A DNA stretch of 45,606 nucleotides from a virus. The translations under genes were made by a program, and so were the position numbers. The notes below the pieces were generated by a model. The model made no database searches and was not told the DNA's origin. It saw only the letters and a list, made by a program, of their open reading frames with translations. Below, in pieces: positions 25,364 to 34,460 of this stretch (position 1 is its first letter; every line of letters starts with the position of its first letter). Location: the UHGV virus genome UHGV-1352141; one strand, 5' to 3'.

Positions 25364-26639
25364 ATCTAAGATGAAGGTGGTTTTTAAGTTTAGACCATTT
25401 TCAAAAAGGCAGAAGCAAGTTTTGTCTTGGTGGGAGAACCCGAAGTATAAAGATAAAGAAGCAATCATTTGCGATGGGTCAGTTCGTGCGGGTAAAACGG
25501 TCATCATGTCATTGGCATTCATTATCTGGGCTATGTGTTCATTCAATGAAGAACAGTTTGGAATGGCCGGCAAGACGATTGGATCATTAAGACGGAATGT
25601 TATTCGTCCGTTAAAGCGAATGCTGCGAGGTCGTGGTTATGTCGTTAAGGATAATCGAACCGACAATATTATTGAAATCAGCAAAAACGATGTCACCAAT
25701 TATTTTTTTCTTTTTGGTGGAAAAGATGAAGCTTCCCAAGATTTAGTCCAAGGATTAACCGCCGCTGGTTTCTTTTTTGATGAAGTTGCACTTATGCCAC
25801 AATCATTCGTTAATCAAGCGACAGCTCGTTGTAATATTGAAGGTTCAAAGTATTGGTTTAACTGTAACCCAGCAGGCCCGCATCATTGGTTCAAACTAGA
25901 ATGGATTGACAAGTTAACCGAGAAGAATGCGATTCGGATTCATTTTGAAATGACTGATAATCCTTCGTTAAGTCAAAAAGTTATCGAAAGATATAAGCGA
26001 ATGTATAGCGGTGTATTCTACGATCGTTTTATTCGAGGGTTGTGGGTTCTTTCAGAGGGAATCATTTACGATAACTTCGATAAAGATAAAATGGTGAAAA
26101 AACCACCGGAAAATATTTCAGCAAGTCAATATTATGTATCGATAGACTATGGTACTCAAAATGCCACAGTCTTTTTATTGTGGGCAAAGCATGGTAAACA
26201 ATGGTATTGCATAGATGAGTATTACTATTCTGGTCGTGATTCTTCAAGACAAAAAACAGATGCTGAATATAGTCAAGAGCTTAAATCATTTCTTGCTGAT
26301 AGAAAAGCCACAATTATTGTCGACCCGTCAGCGGCCTCTTTTATTGCAGAATTGCAGAAAAATGGTTTTAAAGTAATAAAAGCGAAAAACGATGTTTTGG
26401 ACGGAATACGAGCTACACAAACAGCAATGAATCAAGGGGAAATATATTTTACAGATAGATGCAAAAATTTATTTATTGAATTTGCATCCTATATTTGGGA
26501 TGAAAAAGCCGGAGAACGAGGCGAAGATAAACCAATCAAGCAGTTTGATCATGCATGTGATGCATTGAGGTACTTCGTGTATACGATACTAAATAATCGT
26601 GTTGCAGTGATTGGTAATAAAGCGAAAATTGGACTATAA
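25344..26639 (+). CDS. terL: Terminase large subunit
   Basis: Walker A DGSVRAGKT, then a nuclease domain. GGAGGTG ribosome-binding site before the ATG at 25344. Confidence 0.85.
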   Translation: MTTSKHKSKMKVVFKFRPFSKRQKQVLSWWENPKYKDKEAIICDGSVRAGKTVIMSLAFIIWAMCSFNEEQFGMAGKTIGSLRRNVIRPLKRMLRGRGYVVKDNRTDNIIEISKNDVTNYFFLFGGKDEASQDLVQGLTAAGFFFDEVALMPQSFVNQATARCNIEGSKYWFNCNPAGPHHWFKLEWIDKLTEKNAIRIHFEMTDNPSLSQKVIERYKRMYSGVFYDRFIRGLWVLSEGIIYDNFDKDKMVKKPPENISASQYYVSIDYGTQNATVFLLWAKHGKQWYCIDEYYYSGRDSSRQKTDAEYSQELKSFLADRKATIIVDPSAASFIAELQKNGFKVIKAKNDVLDGIRATQTAMNQGEIYFTDRCKNLFIEFASYIWDEKAGERGEDKPIKQFDHACDALRYFVYTILNNRVAVIGNKAKIGL

Positions 26640-26655
26640 GGAGGGATAAAGTTTT

Positions 26656-28074
26656 ATGGCAATTGTGGTAAATAGGGAAATAGCTGGGGATTTACGTTCG
26701 CCTTCAACAGAGCTTTTAAATTACTGCCTGCAGGAACATCAGAAACAGCTAAAGCGTTTGGAGAAGTTATCTGATTACTACGATGGTAATCAAGAGATAC
26801 TTAAACGAAAAAAAGAAAACGAATCTGCACCAAACAACAAAGTACTGATCAACCATGCGAAGTATGTAGTTGATATGAATGTTGGTTTTATGGTTGGCAA
26901 TCCTGTTGCTTATTCAGGAACTGGAGAAGTTGATTTGTCGCCTATTCTTGACGAGTATGATCGTATTGATATTGTTTCACATGACACGGAATTAGAAAAA
27001 GATTTATCGACCTTTGGAATAGGTTATGAATTAATTTATTTGAAAGATGAGGCAGAATTATCTATAAAATGTATTGATCCACGAGGGATTTTTTTAGTTA
27101 CTGATGACACTATCGACAAAAATCCGCTATTTGCGATTCACTATCAACCAGTATTCACTTTGCAAGGTGGCATTAGCCATTATATTGTTAAGTATTACAG
27201 TGATGATCGGATACTTACGTATAGAACTGAATCGAGAGGATTTGGCTCCTATCAGTTAGTTAAAGCTTTACCACACTATTTTGGAAGAGTTCCTGTAATT
27301 GAGTACAGAAACAATGAAGAAAAGCAGGGGGACTTTGAGCAAGCAATCTCATTAATTGACGCATATAACTTATTACAATCGGATCGACTGAACGACAAAG
27401 AAGCGTTCGTTGATGCGATTCTTTTTATTCAGGGGTTTGTTCTCCAAGACGGTGATGGTGAAAAGCTTCAGAAAGAAAAAATGCTCCAAGCTCCAGGTTC
27501 AAAATCTGATACAGCTGCAAGCTATCTAACAAAAGCATTAGATGAATCAAGTGTGACTTTGTTGCGTGATGCAATCCTAGATGACATTCATAAAGTAACG
27601 TATGTTCCAAATATGAATGATGAGAAGTTCGCGGGAAACGTTTCGGGTGAGGCAATGAAATATAAATTGTTTGGTTTGTTGCAATTAATGTCTGTGAAGT
27701 CTCGATACATGATTAAGGGATTAAGGCAACGCTTAGAAATATTTTCAACAGTGTTGAGGTACACAGAGCCAGAGATAGATATTTCAGGAGTGAAAATTAA
27801 GTTAAAACCTAATCTCCCAATTAACACGAGCGACATAATCAATCAGATTGTGACTGCTTATAACGCAGGGATTTTGCCACTAAAAATTTTATTGTCGTGG
27901 TTGCCCGATATTGATGATGTCGATGAAGTAATTGAACAATTGAATCTAGAAAAGGAAGAAAAAATTGAGCTACAGAAGAAAGTGATGGGCGTTCAAGCAG
28001 AAGACAGTCATTCGGATTTAGATGAACCACCTGAGGAGGAAGACGATGATCAAAGCAACGTTCATAAAGAGTAA
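26656..28074 (+). CDS. Portal protein (SPP1 gp6-like)
   Basis: Its size and its position after terL fit the portal family. Acidic C-terminal tail. Confidence 0.75.
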   Translation: MAIVVNREIAGDLRSPSTELLNYCLQEHQKQLKRLEKLSDYYDGNQEILKRKKENESAPNNKVLINHAKYVVDMNVGFMVGNPVAYSGTGEVDLSPILDEYDRIDIVSHDTELEKDLSTFGIGYELIYLKDEAELSIKCIDPRGIFLVTDDTIDKNPLFAIHYQPVFTLQGGISHYIVKYYSDDRILTYRTESRGFGSYQLVKALPHYFGRVPVIEYRNNEEKQGDFEQAISLIDAYNLLQSDRLNDKEAFVDAILFIQGFVLQDGDGEKLQKEKMLQAPGSKSDTAASYLTKALDESSVTLLRDAILDDIHKVTYVPNMNDEKFAGNVSGEAMKYKLFGLLQLMSVKSRYMIKGLRQRLEIFSTVLRYTEPEIDISGVKIKLKPNLPINTSDIINQIVTAYNAGILPLKILLSWLPDIDDVDEVIEQLNLEKEEKIELQKKVMGVQAEDSHSDLDEPPEEEDDDQSNVHKE

Positions 28075-28522
28075 CGGCTCGTATATTAGTTATGAGATTA
28101 CTGGTCATGCTCACTACGCTGAACCGGGCAAAGATATCGTTTGCGCTGGTGTGTCTACTCTTTTTATCACGATTACTAATCAATTACTTTGTAAATCGTA
28201 CGTGAAGTTGCAAGACAAGAAAGTTTCCATTCTTAATCCGGATGAGATTGATAATGCGTTAGTCGAAGCGTTATTATGCGGTTTGTATGATATTCAACAA
28301 AACTATCCTAATTATGTTTCTGTTGAAGTATCTAAAAAATGGACAGCAAACATGAAGTATGCTGTCCATGGGTATTCAAAAACTTTTCATTCTAGAGATG
28401 AAGCAATCAAGTTTGCAGAGTCTGTTTCAGTTTCTCGTAGTCGGGTTTTGATGATTTGTCCACCGGGACTGCTACAGAAAAACTTTGATAGGGGGAAGTT
28501 AGTTGCCGAAAAAACAAGATGA
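28046..28522 (+). CDS. prp: Prp-like cysteine protease (homologue of the ribosomal-processing protease)
   Basis: MIKATFIKSNGSYISYEITGHAHYAEPGKDIVCAGVSTL matches the Prp His/Cys signature. GGAGGAAGACG ribosome-binding site. Confidence 0.65.
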   Translation: MIKATFIKSNGSYISYEITGHAHYAEPGKDIVCAGVSTLFITITNQLLCKSYVKLQDKKVSILNPDEIDNALVEALLCGLYDIQQNYPNYVSVEVSKKWTANMKYAVHGYSKTFHSRDEAIKFAESVSVSRSRVLMICPPGLLQKNFDRGKLVAEKTR

Positions 28523-29741
28523 TTCCTACTGGCTCGATCGAGGGATTAAGCAAGAGAAAAAAATTAATGACGCTGCGAAACAAGTCGAACAAAAGATAAT
28601 TGTAGCTTATCGACAGGCTCAAAGTTATTTGACGAGGCAAGTTAGAAAACTATTTAGTCGAGCGAAACAACGTTCTGGAATGGATGAGGGAGAAACAAGA
28701 GCGTTACTTAATCAAACTGTTCAACCTGATGAGTTAGTAGAATTGAGAAAGCTTGCTGATGATGTTTCTCATCCTGAACTTCAAGAGTCCGCAAGAAAAC
28801 GATTGAATGGATTGGCATTTAAAGAGCGAATAACACGAGCTGAAGACTTGAAAGCCAAGTCTTTTTTAGTTTCCAAACAGATTGCTTCTGTGCAACTAGA
28901 TAAATCGACTGAATTTTATATTGATGTTATTCACGATTCGTATAATGAGACAACTGCCGAAACAATCATAAGGCAAGTTGAGCAAACAAAATCTGATCAG
29001 ATCATCAGTGTTCGGAATGGAAAAAAGCATGGTTCAAAAATAGAAGCATCTAAACAGACGCAAAAACGTGACGTACCGATTGAGGTGTGGAATGATCCTG
29101 ATATTCGATCGACTGATTACGAATTCAAGGAGCTTTCAACTAAGTACACCAAGAATATTCTTGATTCTCATTGGCATGGTTCAAATTATTCAAAACGTAT
29201 CTGGAAAGATACTGAAGCATTGGCCAAACGTCTTGAAGAGTTATTTACTGTTGAGTCTATGACAGGGATGTCCGAGTTTGAAATGGCTAAAGCGATAGCG
29301 ACTGAATTTGACCGCTCAATTGGTGTTGCTCAGCGTTTAATACGAACCGAGGCCAATTATATGGCAAATCAAGCAAAGCTCAAAGCATGGCGAGACAGAG
29401 GTGTAAAAGAGTATCGTTTGATTGCTGTATTAGATTTAAGAACATCTGAAATTTGCCAGAAGAAAGACGGAAAGATTTATCTTGTTTCCGAAGCTGTTGT
29501 TAATGGGGAAGCCGGAACGTATCCACCGTTTCATCCTTGGTGTCGAACTGTTGCTGTTGCTATTATTGGCAAACGATCACTAACAGGCAAACGAATAGCC
29601 CATGATCCGATCAGCGGAAAAACAATTACCATGGAACAAAGAGAAACATATGATGATTGGATGAATAAGTTAAAACAACGATATTCTAAAAAAGAAATTG
29701 AGCTTCAGAAAAAGAAGCTTCGGAATTACAGAAAAAAATAA
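28503..29741 (+). CDS. Head morphogenesis protein (Mu F / SPP1 gp7 family)
   Basis: C-terminal LRTSEICQKKDGKIY...PPFHPWCRT matches the Phage_Mu_F motif. Confidence 0.75.
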   Translation: MPKKQDDSYWLDRGIKQEKKINDAAKQVEQKIIVAYRQAQSYLTRQVRKLFSRAKQRSGMDEGETRALLNQTVQPDELVELRKLADDVSHPELQESARKRLNGLAFKERITRAEDLKAKSFLVSKQIASVQLDKSTEFYIDVIHDSYNETTAETIIRQVEQTKSDQIISVRNGKKHGSKIEASKQTQKRDVPIEVWNDPDIRSTDYEFKELSTKYTKNILDSHWHGSNYSKRIWKDTEALAKRLEELFTVESMTGMSEFEMAKAIATEFDRSIGVAQRLIRTEANYMANQAKLKAWRDRGVKEYRLIAVLDLRTSEICQKKDGKIYLVSEAVVNGEAGTYPPFHPWCRTVAVAIIGKRSLTGKRIAHDPISGKTITMEQRETYDDWMNKLKQRYSKKEIELQKKKLRNYRKK

Positions 29742-29899
29742 TTAACTGCCCTGAATATGGCGTTAAACTGTTCGAAAATATCAAACATACTGATTGGGTC
29801 TATCAATCAAAAATCAAGTGGACTGGTTAAACTGGGCTGCTTTTTTTGCGTGCGCTAGGACTGATTGGGATAGGAGAGATTGAATTGAAAAATTTACTA

Positions 29900-30541
29900 A
29901 TGAAATTAGACCTGCAACTTTTTGCTGAAGAACAACCCTCAGATCAGAATTCCGAACAAATCAGGAATCCATATGAAGCTGGAAATCCTGAGTTTGATGC
30001 TGCAGTTTCTAAAGCAGTCAATACGGCTTTGGAAAATAATGACAAAAAATGGCAATCGAAACTTGATGAGAAATTGGAAAAGGTTCGGCAAGATGCGAAA
30101 ACAGAAGCTGAAAAAATGGCGCAAATGAATGCTGAACAAAAAGCGGATTATGATCGCCAACAGCGTGAAGCGGCATTAGATCAGCGAGAATTGGAACTAA
30201 ATATGCGTGAATTACGAGCGCAGTCAATTACGCAGTTAACAGAGGATAATTTACCTGTTGAATTAGTTGATCTTTTAGATTTGTCAGATGCAGATAAATG
30301 TCAAACTGCATATAACAAATTGAAAACAACGTGGGAAAAAGCTGTGGGAACTTGGGAAAAATCCTTACAAAAGAAAGTGAAAGAAGAACTAAAAAATAGT
30401 GTTGATAATCCTTTGGGGGATGCAACAAATCCAGAAGTTAACCCTTGGAAAAAGGAAACACTCAACCTTACAAAACAAGGTCAGATTTTGAAAGAAGATC
30501 CAGAGCGGGCAAAAGTGCTAATGGCTCAAGCCAATAAATAA
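29900..30541 (+). CDS. Scaffolding protein carrying a Prp cleavage motif
   Basis: Starts MKLDLQLFA-EEQ (L27-like LxLQ(F/L)FA). Coiled-coil-rich acidic and basic body. Its position before the major capsid gene fits a scaffold. Confidence 0.6.
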   Translation: MKLDLQLFAEEQPSDQNSEQIRNPYEAGNPEFDAAVSKAVNTALENNDKKWQSKLDEKLEKVRQDAKTEAEKMAQMNAEQKADYDRQQREAALDQRELELNMRELRAQSITQLTEDNLPVELVDLLDLSDADKCQTAYNKLKTTWEKAVGTWEKSLQKKVKEELKNSVDNPLGDATNPEVNPWKKETLNLTKQGQILKEDPERAKVLMAQANK

Positions 30542-30558
30542 GAAAGAAGGATAAAATC

Positions 30559-31593
30559 GTGGATAAATTAAAAATGAATTTACAGTTTTTCGCTAAAAAA
30601 ACAAAAATTGAAGATGTTATTGTTCCAGAAGTTTTTAATAAGTATGTAATCGAGCGTACAGCTGAATTATCAGCTTTATACCAATCGGGTATTGTAAGCC
30701 ATAATCCGGAGCTAGATGCTCTAGCTAGTGCCGGTGGTAAACTAATCAACATGCCTTTTTGGGCTGATTTAACTGGTGAAGACGAAGTCTTATCTGATAC
30801 GAATCCATTAGAAACGGATAAAATCACCGCGAATCAAGATCAGGCGGTTCTATTGATGCGTGGTAAAGCTTGGAAAGCGAACGATTTAGCAAAAGCACTT
30901 TCTGGTGATGATCCTATGCGAGCAATTGGTGATTTAGTTGCCGCTTATTGGGCGCGTCGTCAACAAGTAACTTTGCTTTCTATATTGAAAGGTGTGTTCG
31001 GAGGAACATCAACTAAAATGGCTGGAAATAGTCTAGATATTTCCGCTGAAACTGGAAATGATGCAGCATTTACAGGGGAAACATTTATCAATGCTTCTTA
31101 CAAACTGGGAGATGCAGAAGAAAAATTAACAGCATTAGCTGTTCATTCTTCAGTATACGCTAATTTACGAAAACAAAACTTAATTGAATTCTTGTTAGCT
31201 TCTGACAATACTAAAATTCCAACTTATATGGGGAAACGTGTCATTGTTGATGATGGTATGCCGTTAGATGGAGATGTGTTCACTTCTTATATTTTCGGAG
31301 AAGGAGCAATCGGTTTAGGAAACGGCGCGGCTCCTGTGCCAACGGAAACTGATCGTGATGCTTTAGCAGGAGATGATATTTTGATTAATCGCCAACACTT
31401 CTTGTTACATCCAAGAGGGGTGAAATTTACTAATAAATCTGTCGCAGGTTCTTCTCCTACGAATGCCGAATTGGCAACGGCAAGTAATTGGGAACGTGTA
31501 TATGAGCCAAAAAATATTCGTATTGTTCAATTCAAACATAAGCTTTATGTTCCTAATGTCACGGCTTCTGGTAGAACTGGAACAGGTAAGTAA
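30559..31593 (+). CDS. Major capsid protein (HK97 fold) with an N-terminal Prp motif
   Basis: MDKLKMNLQFFA-KKT N-terminus. Its size and its position after the scaffold gene fit a major capsid protein. GTG start after GAAGGA. Confidence 0.75.
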   Translation: MDKLKMNLQFFAKKTKIEDVIVPEVFNKYVIERTAELSALYQSGIVSHNPELDALASAGGKLINMPFWADLTGEDEVLSDTNPLETDKITANQDQAVLLMRGKAWKANDLAKALSGDDPMRAIGDLVAAYWARRQQVTLLSILKGVFGGTSTKMAGNSLDISAETGNDAAFTGETFINASYKLGDAEEKLTALAVHSSVYANLRKQNLIEFLLASDNTKIPTYMGKRVIVDDGMPLDGDVFTSYIFGEGAIGLGNGAAPVPTETDRDALAGDDILINRQHFLLHPRGVKFTNKSVAGSSPTNAELATASNWERVYEPKNIRIVQFKHKLYVPNVTASGRTGTGK

Positions 31594-31608
31594 AGAAGGT
31601 AAAGGAAA

Positions 31609-31956
31609 ATGAATGATGAGTTACTGGAAAAACACACGGATGTGTTGATGGAACGTCTCGACGATGTTGAGGAAAAGGAAAGACCTAAAATTAAAGGCAT
31701 GTTAGAGGACGCGATTACTCTCATTCTTGATTATACCGCTCGAACAACCGAACAGATGAACGATAGCCTTTATTACTATGCGCGACAATTAGTTGTGATT
31801 GCTTGGAATCAGGAAGGAAATGAGGGAGATGCTGCTCGTTCTGAAGGCGGCGTCTCCCATACCTTTATTACAGATATTCCGCCTAAATTAAAATCGTGCT
31901 TAAATAATCACAGGCTGGGAAAGGTCGTGAGTTTTCATGCGCCTAAGGAAACGTGA
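31609..31956 (+). CDS. Head-tail connector protein (gp6/gp15-like)
   Basis: Typical size and position. Confidence 0.55.
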   Translation: MNDELLEKHTDVLMERLDDVEEKERPKIKGMLEDAITLILDYTARTTEQMNDSLYYYARQLVVIAWNQEGNEGDAARSEGGVSHTFITDIPPKLKSCLNNHRLGKVVSFHAPKET

Positions 31957-32290
31957 CCTTTCAACCGTTTATTTAAAAGAGCGGTTAACTGGGCAAGATG
32001 ATGAAGGAAACTTTCAAGAAGGTTTTTCAGATGAATCAACAGAGATTCAAATGAATATTCAATCCGCAGGAGGACAAGTAATGGCTTCTGTCTATGGTCA
32101 AAGTCTTCCATACATCAAATCTTGCAAGTATCAAGGTGACAAAATCAAAGAAGGAAAGAATGAGAAAGATGGTATTTGTCTTTATGTGAGCAAAGATAAA
32201 GAACCAGACTATGAAATTGTTGCCATTCAAACATTTTCTGCTCATTGTAATGTGACCTTGAAGAAACTAGGTGATGAAGATGGGCGTTGA
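31937..32290 (+). CDS. Head closure / head-tail adaptor protein
   Basis: Position in the conserved neck module. Confidence 0.45.
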   Translation: MRLRKRDLSTVYLKERLTGQDDEGNFQEGFSDESTEIQMNIQSAGGQVMASVYGQSLPYIKSCKYQGDKIKEGKNEKDGICLYVSKDKEPDYEIVAIQTFSAHCNVTLKKLGDEDGR

Positions 32291-32819
32291 GTTCAGAGGT
32301 GCTGACCGACTGATGTCAAAAATACGAGCGATTCCTAAAGTGATGGAAGACGCTGTTTTTGAAGCGACATTCGATATTGTAGATGAAACTGTGGCAAGAG
32401 CAACAAGTCACCTGCAATCGTCAATTAAGTATGGATCAGGTGAATTAAGTGGTTCTCCAAAGCAGGAAGTCGTGATCGATGGTAAAGGTAAAATAATAGG
32501 GCGTGTGTGGTCAGACAAGATGGAAGCATTGTTTCGAGAGTTTGGTACAGGTCCAGTCGGAGCAGAGTCACCAAAAGATCTGCCGCCTGGAGTTAATCCT
32601 GTTTATTCTACTGAACGGTGGTTTATTCCTGTACACAAAACATCTGTTGACCTTGAGATGGTATACGGTATTTCAAGAGTGACTATCAAGGGACAAGATT
32701 TCTTTATGACTCGTGGGCAGCCGGCAAGACCTTGGCTATATCCGTCAATGAAAGAAGTGGTTGAAATGGCCGAAGACATTTATAAAGATCGTGTGAAGGA
32801 AGGACTGAGGAAACTATGA
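32271..32819 (+). CDS. HK97 gp10-like neck/tail component
   Basis: Position and size fit the HK97 gp10 family. Confidence 0.5.
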   Translation: MMKMGVEFRGADRLMSKIRAIPKVMEDAVFEATFDIVDETVARATSHLQSSIKYGSGELSGSPKQEVVIDGKGKIIGRVWSDKMEALFREFGTGPVGAESPKDLPPGVNPVYSTERWFIPVHKTSVDLEMVYGISRVTIKGQDFFMTRGQPARPWLYPSMKEVVEMAEDIYKDRVKEGLRKL

Positions 32820-33181
32820 CAGAGCGTTATAACATAAAGTCTGATATTGTTGCTCAGTTGAAAAAAGTCGCTGAGCTGAAGCTCGTATCTGCGGAGTATC
32901 CTAACACATGGTCGAATATGCCCGCTGCAATTTATTCGACAAAGGCAAAGCCGCACAAGAAAGATATATCCGACAAAGAAGCACTAACTGAATGGACAGT
33001 AAAAATCGATTTATACGGAAACAAATCTCTATCTACAATACAGAGTGAAATAATTAAAGTATTGAAAGAGATTGGATTTAAGAATACAGCCAGTGATGAT
33101 GGCAATCAAGATGCATTGAAGCGTTCGATTCTAACATTCCGAGGAGTGGTAGATAATCGAACGCTTTTTGTATACCAATAA
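32816..33181 (+). CDS. Tail completion / tail terminator protein
   Basis: Position immediately before the major tail protein. Confidence 0.45.
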   Translation: MTERYNIKSDIVAQLKKVAELKLVSAEYPNTWSNMPAAIYSTKAKPHKKDISDKEALTEWTVKIDLYGNKSLSTIQSEIIKVLKEIGFKNTASDDGNQDALKRSILTFRGVVDNRTLFVYQ

Positions 33182-33196
33182 CAAGGAGGAAATACC

Positions 33197-33634
33197 ATGA
33201 AGAAAACAAAAATTTTACCGATGAACTTACAATTATTTGCCGGTTTACTAACTAAGGGCACGGCGTTATCAATGAAATCAGGCTCCGAGTCTGGCTTTAC
33301 TGAAATTGAAGGATTACAAGCTGTTCCTGAAATCGGTGGAGATCCAGAACAAGTTGATGTTACGACGCTAAAAGACGCAAATAAAAAATATATTTCGGGT
33401 ATTCAAGATATGGATTCATTAGAGTTCACTTTCTTATATGACAAAGCTGTATTTACAAAGTTAAAGGCAGTGCAAACGTCAGGAAAAGAAGCAAAATTTG
33501 AATTGTCTTATCCTGACGGTGCGAAATGCACATTTACTGGCGGCGTGACTGTGAAAATGGGTTCTGGTGAAGTAAACGGAGCCTATCAATTTACGCTGTC
33601 TGTAACTGTTTCAGATGGACCGGATTGGGCATAA
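33197..33634 (+). CDS. Major tail protein, N-terminus also carries a Prp-type motif
   Basis: MKKTKILPMNLQLFA-GLL. Gly/Thr-rich beta-type protein before the chaperone and tape-measure genes. Confidence 0.6.
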   Translation: MKKTKILPMNLQLFAGLLTKGTALSMKSGSESGFTEIEGLQAVPEIGGDPEQVDVTTLKDANKKYISGIQDMDSLEFTFLYDKAVFTKLKAVQTSGKEAKFELSYPDGAKCTFTGGVTVKMGSGEVNGAYQFTLSVTVSDGPDWA

Positions 33635-33705
33635 ACGTTTAACGAAAACTATATGGGCTAGAGATAACCCTCTGGCCCTATTTAAATCTTAGGAGGAAAA
33701 ACAAT

Positions 33706-34077
33706 ATGAAACCAATGAAAGTAGAATTTGGAACTAAAACTCTATCCCTTGTATTAGATGGAAGTGCAACGGTAGACATTGAGAAGAAATTAGGTAAATC
33801 GTTATTTGGAATTATGATGACTGGCAACGGTGGAATGAAAATGCCGCGATTAGGTGAAATGCTAACTATCTTGCATTCTGCGAACCAAACAGCAAACATC
33901 AAGTCTGCCGATATGACGAAACTTTATGATGAATATATTTCTAAAGGCGGATCGATGATGAAGCTTTTCGAAGTCATTCAAGAATTGATGGAGAAGGCAG
34001 GTTTTTTCGAGTCGGAAACGACGGACGGAGAAGACCTAGTTGGGGAAGAGAAAAACGAGGAAGAGAGTCTAGTGTAG
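33706..34077 (+). CDS. Tail assembly chaperone (gpG-like)
   Basis: Acidic small protein between the major tail protein and the tape measure. Confidence 0.55.
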   Translation: MKPMKVEFGTKTLSLVLDGSATVDIEKKLGKSLFGIMMTGNGGMKMPRLGEMLTILHSANQTANIKSADMTKLYDEYISKGGSMMKLFEVIQELMEKAGFFESETTDGEDLVGEEKNEEESLV

Positions 34078-34097
34078 GCTTCTCTTCCTTTTCTGAT

Positions 34098-34457
34098 TTG
34101 CTGCAGGAGATGTATCCAAAAGCAGTAGAAGCAGGAATACCCGCAGAAAAATACTGGTCAATGACCTATGAAGAAATAGTCATACAAGCTGAAGCAAATG
34201 TTGCGATTAGAAAACAACAGCTAGAAGAAAAAGCCATGATGGATTACAAAGCTGCACAATTAAATGCTTATGGTTTTAATGATCCGAAGAAAATGCCTAA
34301 ACCAGATCAACACTATCCATTCTTGAAAACGGAAGATAAGCAGGAACAATCAAATCGGCCGCAAGATTGGGAAATTATGAAGGCTCGGATGATTGAACGA
34401 ACGGAATTGATTAAAGCTACACGAGAGCGGAAAAATAAACAGGAAAAGGAGGGATAG
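34098..34457 (+). CDS. Tail assembly chaperone, gpT-like part, possibly made as a -1 frameshift fusion with the upstream ORF
   Basis: In the -1 frame relative to the G ORF. That frame is open from 34041. G-AAA-AAC lies in the overlap. Confidence 0.45.
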   Translation: MLQEMYPKAVEAGIPAEKYWSMTYEEIVIQAEANVAIRKQQLEEKAMMDYKAAQLNAYGFNDPKKMPKPDQHYPFLKTEDKQEQSNRPQDWEIMKARMIERTELIKATRERKNKQEKEG

Positions 34458-34460
34458 ATC

